Notes: generated by a model from the sequence alone, not told the origin. Shown: positions 1 through 8,207, counted from the stretch's first letter. The stretch: DNA of 64,000 nucleotides from an uncultured virus (IMG/VR IMGVR_UViG_3300021431_000088) (IMGVR_UViG_3300021431_000088); one strand, 5' to 3'. Translations and numbers: made by a program.

Positions 1-30
1 CACTACTTACCTTTAGTGCTCGTGCGAAAG

Positions 31-102
31 TACCCGATATAGGAATCGGACCCATATACCACGGTTCGTAGCCGTGTGCTCTATCCGTTGAGCTAATCGG
101 GC
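31..102 (-). tRNA. tRNA-Arg(ACG)
   Basis: Cloverleaf; anticodon arm CACGG-CTACGAA-CCGTG. Confidence 0.9.
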
Positions 103-202
103 ACGCGTCCAACTTCTTTTTAGTTTTACACCAAGAAAGTTGGAAGAACTTGGAGAGCCTATTCATGGGAGCGACCCATGCAGACGCGTGACTAGCCGCC
201 TC

Positions 203-279
203 TGGTACTCCACAAGGGATTCGGACCCTCACTGTATGCGCTCTGAACGCATTGCCTCTGCCAATTGGGCTAATGGAGC
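203..279 (-). tRNA. tRNA-Leu(CAG), short variable arm
   Basis: ATGCG-TTCAGAG-CGCAT anticodon arm; encoded CCA. Confidence 0.85.
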
Positions 280-282
280 ATA

Positions 283-369
283 TGGTGCCCAAGGTGGGAG
301 TTGAACCCACAGTGTATCAATGTAGACGATTTTGAGTCGTCCCTGTCTCGCCAGTTGCAGCACTCGGGC
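283..369 (-). tRNA. tRNA-Leu(CAA)
   Basis: GACGA-CTCAAAA-TCGTC; long variable arm; CCA. Confidence 0.92.
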
Positions 370-376
370 ATTAAAG

Positions 377-458
377 TGCGGGTAGCCGGACTTGAACCGG
401 CACGCCTTACGGCAACAGATTTTAAGTCTGTGGTGTCTGCCTATTCCACCATACCCGC
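377..458 (-). tRNA. tRNA-Leu(TAA)
   Basis: ACAGA-CTTAAAA-TCTGT; long variable arm. Confidence 0.93.
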
Positions 459-469
459 AGATTGGAGGT

Positions 470-691
470 TTAAACCTCCTTTACATCGGCTCGTTCAAAC
501 TCTTCCATCAGAGTATCTTCGGTAAGCGGGTCTTCCCACTCTTCCAGATAGATGCCAATCACATTATCATGACCATAGTAATTGGCTACCTTCTCAAAAG
601 CATCACCATAACACTTCGCACCCGCAAGGCCAGATTCCTTGCGCCGCTTGTTGTCCACATCATCGAAATAGTCAATCTTATAGTAATACAT
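470..691 (-). CDS. hypothetical protein (73 aa)
   Basis: ORF with GGAG RBS, ends TAA. Confidence 0.75.
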   Translation of the reverse strand: MYYYKIDYFDDVDNKRRKESGLAGAKCYGDAFEKVANYYGHDNVIGIYLEEWEDPLTEDTLMEEFERADVKEV

Positions 692-692
692 A

Positions 693-890
693 TTATTCTC
701 CTTCCCGAAAGAACTTCTTGAAAAACTCCATCATTTCCTTATCTTCGGTGAAAAACGGGTCTTTTTGTTCTTGACCTACATACTCTCCAAGTACATTACT
801 TATTAGCTGCCCGAAGCGCCAATCTGGTACTGTGTGCCACAAAGCGGCAAGTTCCTGACAAAAAGTATCAATACGGTTTGGGTTTCTCAT
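693..890 (-). CDS. small conserved-type phage protein (MRNPNRID...PDWRFGQL)
   Basis: ORF downstream of TTGACA/TATAAT promoter. Confidence 0.75.
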   Translation of the reverse strand: MRNPNRIDTFCQELAALWHTVPDWRFGQLISNVLGEYVGQEQKDPFFTEDKEMMEFFKKFFREGE

Positions 891-942
891 CTTATCCCTC
901 ACTTTCTAATAATATTATACTATAATTTTGAAAAATGTCAAG

Positions 943-1014
943 AGCTGGTGACAGGACTTGAACCTGCAACATCTCGCTTACAAGGCGAGCCCACTACCAT
1001 TGTGATACACCAGC
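943..1014 (-). tRNA. tRNA-Thr(TGT)
   Basis: CTCGC-CTTGTAA-GCGAG. Confidence 0.9.
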
Positions 1015-1154
1015 AAGTGGAGAGGAACTTCCCCTCCGGTGTGCCGAAGTTCATCGAGCACTGGGACCCGGGCCTCACAGCCAGCCCCAACGGCGGTTTT
1101 TCCGACATGCTGGTCGTGCCTATGCAAGATCGTGCTCATTAAACACAACCCAAG

Positions 1155-1227
1155 CTGGGGTGGCTGGATTTGAACCAGCGATCACGGAGTCAAAGTCCGT
1201 TGCCTTGACCAACTTGGCTACACCCCA
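1155..1227 (-). tRNA. tRNA-Gln(TTG)
   Basis: ACGGA-CTTTGAC-TCCGT; U1-A72, G73. Confidence 0.93.
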
Positions 1228-1231
1228 ATAC

Positions 1232-1307
1232 TGGCGCCCGATGTAGGGCTCGAACCTACGACGCTGCGGTTAACAGCCGCATGCTCTACCGACTGAGCTA
1301 ATCGGGC
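1232..1307 (-). tRNA. tRNA-Asn(GTT)
   Basis: TGCGG-CTGTTAA-CCGCA; CCA. Confidence 0.93.
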
Positions 1308-1310
1308 AAA

Positions 1311-1456
1311 TGGTGGAGACCGTTACTTTACTTTCTTATATACCGCTTTCTACTAAGCCACATATCACTACTGAGCCGCCTTCTTGTAGCAAGAATACTC
1401 ATATTGCAAAGTTATCTTCGCGGCGGCTTTCGTGCCGGTGGTAGTTTACCGTCCCC
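1311..1456 (-). ncRNA. unknown structured RNA closed by an alanyl-type acceptor stem (GGGGAC...GTCTCC-ACCA)
   Basis: 5' GGGGAC pairs with 3' GUCUCC, giving G3.U70, A73 and CCA; internal helices GCCGCC/GGCGGC, GCGAAG/CTTTGC, TTCTTG/CAAGAA; no T or D arm. Confidence 0.55.
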
Positions 1457-1500
1457 ACGAATCCATGTTAGCGGTTGCATCACTAGGGAGGCGATGCGTC

Positions 1501-1577
1501 TGGCGATGCTAGTGGGGATTGAACCCACGATCTCAGGCGTGACAAGCCTGCGCGATAACCATCTTCGCTATAGCACC
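1501..1577 (-). tRNA. tRNA-Asp(GTC)
   Basis: CAGGC-TTGTCAC-GCCTG; CCA. Confidence 0.92.
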
Positions 1578-1761
1578 ATAGGATTGGCTTACCCCGACAC
1601 GCGTCTGCCAATCAGCGCGCCCCAATCAACGCGCACCCCGTATGGAAACCGCTGCAAACAAGGTATGAAACTGGATCTTTTTGTTTATCTGCGTGATTCC
1701 ATATCAAGCCTTTAGGTTGGCTAGCCACACATCATTCTTTAAGCTCGCATTTGTTCTGAGC

Positions 1762-1837
1762 TGGTACCCCATGAGGGACTTGAACCCTACATCTTGGCCT
1801 TGAAAGGGCCACGTCCTTACCTTTAGACTAATGGGGC
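1762..1837 (-). tRNA. tRNA-Glu(TTC)
   Basis: TGGCC-CTTTCAA-GGCCA; CCA. Confidence 0.92.
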
Positions 1838-1934
1838 ATAATATGATAGACTATTGCAGAACTTGCGGTCTATCAGCGCGACACCTTTTTATACTGGGTC
1901 ATGTATCCAGTTTTATTGCCCGATCTGCACAGGC

Positions 1935-2008
1935 TGGCAGGAGTTGAATGATTTGAACATTCATCGCTTGTTTTGGAGACAAGAAGACTACCATTGTCCT
2001 AAACTCCT
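1935..2008 (-). tRNA. tRNA-Trp(CCA)
   Basis: CTTGT-CTCCAAA-ACAAG; CCA. Confidence 0.88.
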
Positions 2009-2011
2009 ATT

Positions 2012-2086
2012 TGGCTGGCGATCAAGGACTCGAACCTTGAACTATGGAGTCAGAGTCCATTGCGTTACCAATTACGCCAATCGCCA
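2012..2086 (-). tRNA. tRNA-Gln(CTG)
   Basis: ATGGA-CTCTGAC-TCCAT; CCA. Confidence 0.93.
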
Positions 2087-2092
2087 ATGATG

Positions 2093-2166
2093 TCGGGGTG
2101 GAGGGATTCGAACCCTCGGCCTCGTGTTCCCGAAACACGCGCGCTACCAAACTGCGCTACACCCCG
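2093..2166 (-). tRNA. tRNA-Pro(CGG)
   Basis: CGTGT-TTCGGGA-ACACG. Confidence 0.93.
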
Positions 2167-2339
2167 TTCCTTTTTACATTATTATTATAACTCGAAATTG
2201 GTCAAAAGTCAAATATTTTGCTAGGCTAATTCCATTAGTCTAGACTTAGACTATGTACATTTCCACCTGGAGTCTCAAACATTCCCACCTCACTGCATCC
2301 TCCATAGTCCTAGGCTAGTAAGCACTAGCTCCTTTTATG

Positions 2340-2411
2340 AGTGTCCAGTTGGAGTTGAACCAACTAACAAGAGCTTTGCAGGCTCTTTCCCGCCCGACGA
2401 GAGTTGGACAC
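2340..2411 (-). tRNA. tRNA-Cys(GCA), atypical D arm
   Basis: AGAGC-CTGCAAA-GCTCT; GTGTCCA/TGGACAC acceptor; U73. Confidence 0.8.
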
Positions 2412-2416
2412 ATAAG

Positions 2417-2489
2417 TGCGCACTGACGGACTCGAACCGCCGACGTCTTGCTTGTAAGGCAAGCCTTCTCCCAACTGAAGTAAGCGCGC
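2417..2489 (-). tRNA. tRNA-Val(TAC)
   Basis: CTTGC-CTTACAA-GCAAG. Confidence 0.9.
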
Positions 2490-2493
2490 ATAC

Positions 2494-2788
2494 TGGACCC
2501 GATGGGAATTGCACCCATGTCCATGCTATAGTAGGTATTAAGAAATACTTACACGATAGATGGTTTTAAGTTCCATCAAACTATCCAGAGGAAAAAAGAA
2601 GAAATACGTACTAATCTTTCTTGAAGCCGCAGGTAATTACCGATTAGCAAGTTTACCGTTTAGGCAGCCGCAATCAGGCGGCTAGAGCGAAATTATATTC
2701 GTCGTTTCTTTTTTACGTTGCTGCGTAAGGTGCTCCGCCTACCCGTGTTCTCAATACTCACCATACCTGTCGAATCTAAGTCAGGCCC
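2494..2788 (-). ncRNA. ssrA: tmRNA, tag peptide approximately (A)DEYNFALAA
   Basis: 5' GGGCCTGACTTAGATTCGAC; 3' T-arm plus CGGGTCCA with G3.U70; internal frame GAC GAA TAT AAT TTC GCT CTA GCC GCC TGA. Confidence 0.93.
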
Positions 2789-2793
2789 ATACG

Positions 2794-2866
2794 TGGAGTT
2801 GACGCGAATCGAACGCGCTGCATCCTACTTGCAAGGCAGGTGCTCTACCAATTGAGCTACAACCCC
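2794..2866 (-). tRNA. tRNA-Ala(TGC)
   Basis: CCTGC-CTTGCAA-GTAGG; G3.U70. Confidence 0.92.
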
Positions 2867-3334
2867 ATTTCCTTTTTACATTACTATTATAATAAAACTT
2901 TTACTAAAAGTCAAATACTTATGAGTTTTCTCCTTTGAAAAATAGAATTATCATTGCGATCATAAGTAATACTCCTACGCCGAGAACACCATAATCGGTT
3001 TCTAAAAGTGTTTCAATAATTAAATCCAAAATACTCACCTCAAAATGCAGGACGAATTATTAAACAGGTAATAATGAAAATAATAGCCAATCCAACAAAT
3101 ATCTTTAATTTCATACTACGTCCTCCTTCTTAGTAAAAAAGAGGCATTTGATCGAATGCCTCAAAATAAGTTAGGATTTCGTTTTCTGCTCGTCAGCAGA
3201 GCTACTGAGTATTAAATGCGATAGCAACTTTCGGCATTCCTAACTTATGTAAGTCTGTGCCGCGCGCGGTCACAGCATATGTGTGGTAATCCCGTGTTTA
3301 AAGTGCGTTCTATTACCACAAAGCCCAGCACTAC

Positions 3335-3393
3335 GAGACACGGTAAAAAACATAAGCAACATTGTTCTACTAATTATTTGCTGTCTGTGTCTC
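3335..3393 (-). ncRNA. ACAGCAA-motif small RNA, copy 1
   Basis: GAGACAC-AG-ACAGCAA...GTGTCTC closing stem; lies directly after a TTGACT/TATAAT promoter. Confidence 0.6.
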
Positions 3394-3442
3394 ATCCTTT
3401 TTACATTTTTATTATACCATGGATTTCAACAAAAGTCAAATG

Positions 3443-3982
3443 TTAGGGCCATTCTCCTAATGGCAAACCTACTGAACCACGCTCAACATCAGTATTAAAA
3501 TATACTCCCTGCGCGCCTGGGCCAGTAAGTAATTCGGTAGCAAGCTCCTCATATAGACAACTAATTACGCCATGGCAATCATGAAGATTATCCGCAAAGA
3601 ACTGTACAACATAATTTTTAAATACTACATATACCATATCAAACCAACCATATTCAGCAGTTGGAGGAATGACGGCATATGCGAAAGCTGGATTCTTATC
3701 AAAAGCTACTTCAAAAAGTTCTTTCTTATCATGGAAAGCGCGATTAGAGGGAATACCATCGACATCTACCATCAGCGTAACATTACCAAAATGAACTTCC
3801 TTTGGTAGAAGCATTAGTAGTGCCGCCACTTTATCCCCATTATTACAAGATAGAATAATATAAGGATTCAGGCCAGTATAGTCAACATTACAGGCAATTT
3901 GCGGGTCTCCATCAAAAAGAGCTTCCATTTTCTTAATATAAATTGCCCAAGGAGAGAGAATCTTTAGACGTGCGTCTGTCAT
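3443..3982 (-). CDS. hypothetical protein (179 aa)
   Basis: ORF with GAGG RBS. Confidence 0.8.
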   Translation of the reverse strand: MTDARLKILSPWAIYIKKMEALFDGDPQIACNVDYTGLNPYIILSCNNGDKVAALLMLLPKEVHFGNVTLMVDVDGIPSNRAFHDKKELFEVAFDKNPAFAYAVIPPTAEYGWFDMVYVVFKNYVVQFFADNLHDCHGVISCLYEELATELLTGPGAQGVYFNTDVERGSVGLPLGEWP

Positions 3983-3996
3983 AATTTATACCTCGC

Positions 3997-4947
3997 TTAT
4001 TCATATTTTACATGAACATAATCCAATACTTCTTTCATTCCTAAACCACCTTCATCCCATGGTTTAAGGCAGTATTCCCATATCTTAGGGTGAGTCTGTT
4101 TTAGTTGCTGGAATCTGTTAGGCTCTTTTTCCATATGGCAGCCAAATGCGCAGAAGATACACCCGGTTCTATGTATTCCCGTGGTAGTAAGCTTGCCTTT
4201 CTTATCCTCCACTATATCACCATATAGAGGACAATATGGAACATTGTATTCTTTCAAATACTGTAGAATATCTTGTTCCGTCCAGAAAGATAAAGGTTTG
4301 CTCTTAGCTTCTTTCCCTTCAAAGGCATTACATCCACTACGCATCCACTCATTACGTCTAGTAATAGACTCTTCCGCGAGTGTCGCAATCATTGGATGCT
4401 TGCCGCTTACCTTCTGAAATCTGTGGCCTGGCTGCTTTTTCATTACGTCACAGCACCAATCACTAATCTTAAAAGGCGCGTCTACTAAGTATTGCCATTT
4501 TCCATCGCCTAAACCGAAAATCTTACTGTCATATTCTCCACTAAGGTATCTCGCTCTTACTGAGTCTGGGTTCCTTTTCGCCGTTGCCACATATCCAGCA
4601 ATACGTTTACTAATGACAGGATAACCAAACTCTTCAATAACTTGCCGAAAAGTTTTACGTGGTTTAATAATTTCAACATTATCCCAACTTTTTACAAAAT
4701 CTTTTACTTCTGGATATTCTAGACCAGTATCTACAAAAACTGCGGTAACTTCTGGATGAACTTGGCGTACAATATCAAGTAAGACTGTGCTGTCTTTTCC
4801 GCCAGAAAAAGCCACATACACCTGACCATCGAAATGGTTATAATATTCCATTATTTTTGCGATTGTGGTCTAAATCTTCCATTCTAGCGGCTCGGACTAC
4901 ATCTGCTTTAAATCAGTAGCAGAAAACTTTCTACTTCCCGATGCCAT
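3997..4947 (-). CDS. PAPS reductase-family (PP-loop, Fe-S) protein, 316 aa with 2 in-frame TAG
   Basis: SGGKDS PP-loop, DTGLEYPE, CC...RTGCxxC; N-terminus MASGSRKFSATDLKQM*SEPLEWKI*TT reads through TAG. Confidence 0.9.
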
Positions 4948-5013
4948 CTGTTATACCTCACATATAAGTAATATAAGGGTTTCTCCCTTTTACATTTATA
5001 TTATACATTAAAA

Positions 5014-6717
5014 TTAAATAAAAGTCAAATAATAATAATAATCTGGAACCTTATCATTATTTTTTATATCATTGATAAAACGTATGATATTTGGTTTATC
5101 AATATATTTTATTAATGTTTTTAATTGTTGTTTGAAATACATTGTGCGATAAGTATCATAATGTTCATACCGATAATAAACTTCATTATAAAACTTTTTT
5201 ATATAATACCAGTATTCTTCTACTAATTCTGGTCTATTTTTTAAACATTTTAAAAATAATTTATAAATATCAACAATATATGAACCTAATTTATTACCAA
5301 TAATATCAGCATGGATATTAAGTCTTTCACAATTATTCGCATAGTATATTGCGTTAATAATAATTCCAGGCATACATGTATAATTAAACTCTTTATTATT
5401 TTTATAGGTTAAAGAGTTCTAATTAGTTACTGTGCGATAAATAGGGATTTTAATATGTTTAAAATGAGGGGTAGATTCCTCATATTCAAAATCTTCTAAT
5501 AATGAATAACAAGTAAAGTTGAAACCACAATCTTCGGCCGCGTAAGATCCCGCGCCTTCATCATAAGGATATAATTTATATATTTCTAAAAACTCTCGTT
5601 TATAAACCTTTGCGGGCGTAGATGGCTCATATGTATCACTTACTTTATGTGTATCATCATTAATCCATTGCCATTCATAAATATCGGGCATACAATTACT
5701 ATCTAATTCATCATGTATTATGTTGAAACAGTATTTAGATAATATAATATCACCGCAGTCAACGAACATAATATAAGGATTAGATGTATTTTTAATTCCT
5801 ACTTTTCGCGCATTACCAGGCCCCTTATTCTTATCTTGCTTAATAAGATTTATTTTAGGAAACCGTTGTATAATATCTGTATAATCAAAATTAGAACAAT
5901 CATCTACTATTGTTATGGTTATCCAATTTAATATTTCTGGATAATAAATTGAATTAAGAGTACGTATTAACCCATCTTTGTCATTATAACTTGGAATAAT
6001 AATATCTAAATTATAATTGTCTGGTTGATTATATTGGATTTCTATATCTCTATATTTCTTTACTAATGGCTTATTCATCCAATTCTTAATTCCAGCATAA
6101 TGAATAATTTTACGATGATGCGCCTTTTTATATTCTGTATAATCATTTACATTATAATCTGGTGGTAACTATAATATTGCGCCCTGACAAAACTCTGGAT
6201 ATGCATCTTGCATGTCAAACTTATAGTATTTAGTGTTAAGTGCGTTAATAATTTCATCATCTTTTTTATCAGCGCGTAATTTATTTAGATTTATCATCAT
6301 TACACCTGCATTAATTGTTAAATAAGTATCGGTGCTCAATGTAGCATCTGGTTCTCTACAAGCTGCAAAATAATAATTTGATAAATCAATATCCCATAAT
6401 TCAGATATATTTTCATTAACTATTGTATCTACATCTAATGAAAGGATTTTATCTAAAGTAGGAAAAACCTTTGTTAATGCGGCCCGAATAAGCGCCATAT
6501 ATGTAAAGCGACTTCTAAAATTAGGGCCGGTTGAGGGAAAATACTACTGATTACTAATGTTAATAGTGGTTACTTCTGGCGGCAATTCAAATGGAAATTC
6601 GTCGTCTTCTATAAGTAAATATATCTATTCTACATTTGAATGAATCAATAAAGATTTTGCCGCAGCTAGCATGCCTTCGTATAAATTACGCGTACCAGTA
6701 TAAACCGCTGCTCTCAC
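5014..6717 (-). CDS. GT8-GT2 glycosyltransferase fusion, 567 aa with 4 in-frame TAG
   Basis: GTG start after GGAGG; GT8 motifs (LSLDVD, NAGVM, IIHYAG) in frame with GT2 motifs (IIPSYN, IVDDCS, NKGPGNAR, FVDCGD); fragments separated only by TAG. Confidence 0.85.
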
Positions 6718-6778
6718 TCAATTATCCTCCTTTATACGCCAAAGAGCGGTATAATCTATACCGCTTATATTTCATAAC

Positions 6779-6839
6779 TAGGCGCATTAATATTACAATC
6801 CAAACACGATTATTCTATAAAAGTTGCTGTGTGCGCCTA
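6779..6839 (-). ncRNA. ACAGCAA-motif small RNA, copy 2
   Basis: TAGGCGCAC-ACAGCAAC...ATAATC/GATTGT hairpin...TGCGCCTA. Confidence 0.6.
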
Positions 6840-6956
6840 AACTATTGGCCTACTCCGAACTTCATATCGGTGCGCCAGTCTCAGAATCGAACTGAGTCAT
6901 GCGATTTAGTGGTCGCCCGGGAAATCCATTCCCGCCACTGGTTTTCGGCCAATATT
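6840..6956 (-). ncRNA. tRNA-like domain embedded in a larger RNA
   Basis: D arm CGGG/CCCG, arm GCGA-CCACTAAA-TCGC, T arm CTCAG-TTCGATT-CTGAG, 5-bp acceptor CCAGT/ACTGG extended by TATTGGCC/GGCCAATA. Confidence 0.6.
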
Positions 6957-7051
6957 TGGTTCAATCCTCTTTTATTATGCGCCGATCGACTCTCCTAGCT
7001 TTGCGCGCGAGCTTGAACTATTTTTTATACTCATTGCTCTAGTTTGAGTTG

Positions 7052-7124
7052 TAGGGCGCCCGGGACTTGAACCCGATGTCGCCTGTTTATAAGACAGGTG
7101 CTTGACCAGTTAAGCTGCCGCCCA
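7052..7124 (-). tRNA. tRNA-Ile(TAT)
   Basis: CCTGT-CTTATAA-ACAGG; acceptor has terminal mismatches. Confidence 0.75.
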
Positions 7125-7191
7125 TCGTAGGGTAGATTTCCTACCCTTTCAACATATTTATTATACTCTAAATTATACTCAAAGTCAAATA

Positions 7192-7371
7192 TTAGTCTTT
7201 GAAAAACTCTCGAACATTATCTTCTGAATATCCGACACTTTTCATGAAATCAAGAAAAAGCTCGCATACATCATCACAATAAATGCCATCTTCTTCGCCT
7301 TGAAACATATTAACTTTACGTTCTGAATGGCCTTCATCCTTGAAAGAATACATAAAACAAACCTTTTCCAT
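7192..7371 (-). CDS. hypothetical protein
   Basis: ORF with AGGAG RBS; C-terminus similar to neighbour (F..F..S/ALGYS). Confidence 0.7.
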   Translation of the reverse strand: MEKVCFMYSFKDEGHSERKVNMFQGEEDGIYCDDVCELFLDFMKSVGYSEDNVREFFKD

Positions 7372-7382
7372 ATTTACTCCTT

Positions 7383-7577
7383 TCATTCATCATCTTCAAC
7401 TTTAATTACACGGTCTACAAGAGTCGGAGAATAACCGAGCGCCAGTACAAACATCTTAAAACGTTTGGCTAGCATAAAAATAGTAACATCTTCTGGATTT
7501 GCTGAAAAACTAATGTTAATATTGTCATTAGTTTCATCATCGACTGAATTGTACCTAAAATCATAATAGTCTTTCAT
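7383..7577 (-). CDS. hypothetical protein
   Basis: ORF after TTGACT/TATACT promoter. Confidence 0.7.
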   Translation of the reverse strand: MKDYYDFRYNSVDDETNDNINISFSANPEDVTIFMLAKRFKMFVLALGYSPTLVDRVIKVEDDE

Positions 7578-7639
7578 AGGTATCCCCTTTCTCTTTTTCT
7601 ATAAATAGTATATCATAATTTTGAAAAAAGTCAAATAAA

Positions 7640-7942
7640 AAATTTCCATAATTCATACTGAGCCGTTTGCGTGGCGTTCTGAACTATGGAAAATCACGCC
7701 AATAAGTTCGCAACGCTTATTTGCGCTAAGCAACAATTTCGTGTCGCTCTCTACGCTTCAATTCCGATGTGAAGACAACGCATACTATTTACGGTGTATG
7801 ATTGCCCGATGTTCTCTTACCTGAACATAAGGTTTCGCCACTGGTTCTCTAGAAAAACCTTACGGGGCTGGCCTCCCGGCGGCTCTGTGGGCCTGCTTCA
7901 CTCTTAGTTACTTAAGCGCAAGGGAGAACTAAGAAATCCCTT
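7640..7942 (-). ncRNA. putative ~300-nt structured RNA
   Basis: No ORF; many hairpins (TCTTAGTT/AACTAAGA, AAGGTTT/AAACCTT, CATAC/GTATG, AATAAG/CTTATT, TTCCATAGTTCA/TGAATTATGGAA) and long-range GAGCCG/CGGCTC. Confidence 0.5.
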
Positions 7943-7944
7943 AG

Positions 7945-8015
7945 AGCGCCATATGGGACTCGAACCCACTATACCAACTTGGAAGGATGGGATGTTACCA
8001 TTACACTAATGGCGC
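7945..8015 (-). tRNA. tRNA-Gly(TCC)
   Basis: CCATC-CTTCCAA-GTTGG; U73. Confidence 0.88.
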
Positions 8016-8022
8016 GAATATC

Positions 8023-8077
8023 TAGGCACTAAAATCACAATCCAATTCGATTATATAAATGTTGCTGTTAGTGCCTA
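8023..8077 (-). ncRNA. ACAGCAA-motif small RNA, copy 3
   Basis: TAGGCACTA-ACAGCAAC...ATAATC/GATTGT...TAGTGCCTA; immediately 3' of the suppressor tRNA. Confidence 0.6.
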
Positions 8078-8082
8078 TATAA

Positions 8083-8171
8083 CGGGGGTATCCGGATTCG
8101 AACCGGAGTAAGCGCCCTCAGAAGGCCCGAGTTTTAGAGACTCGTATGCTAGACCGCTGCATCATACCCCA
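8083..8171 (-). tRNA. amber suppressor tRNA (CUA), Gln-type acceptor, long variable arm
   Basis: CGAGT-CTCTAAA-ACTCG; TGGGGTA/TACCCCC-G73 acceptor; TCCGG-TTCGAAT-CCGGA T arm. Confidence 0.9.
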
Positions 8172-8207
8172 ACGTAAGGCTGATTTCGGCTCAGCCATAA
8201 GCCTTAA

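Noticed and set aside
1..28. Partial tRNA at the window edge
   Set aside because: Only a possible D-arm fragment is visible, so identity cannot be assigned.
1457..1500. HDV-like (theta) ribozyme 3' of tRNA-Asp, or 3' of the suppressor tRNA
   Set aside because: Only a simple hairpin with a CTCCCTA loop; no P2 or P4 and an incomplete P1. The suppressor tRNA is followed by the ACAGCAA element instead.
301..2524. ORFs called across the tRNA cluster (301-525, 834-1142, 1404-1715, 1854-2090, 2315-2524)
   Set aside because: They overlap tRNA or tmRNA genes and lack an RBS.
3166..3248. Hammerhead ribozyme (CTGACGA...GAAA on the minus strand)
   Set aside because: CTGACGA lies inside a TCTGCT/AGCAGA hairpin, stem II is missing and there is no correctly placed UH cleavage site.
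7659..7690. Group II intron domain V (GAGCCGTTTGCG on the plus strand)
   Set aside because: The complementary 3' half of domain V and domain VI are absent; no maturase.
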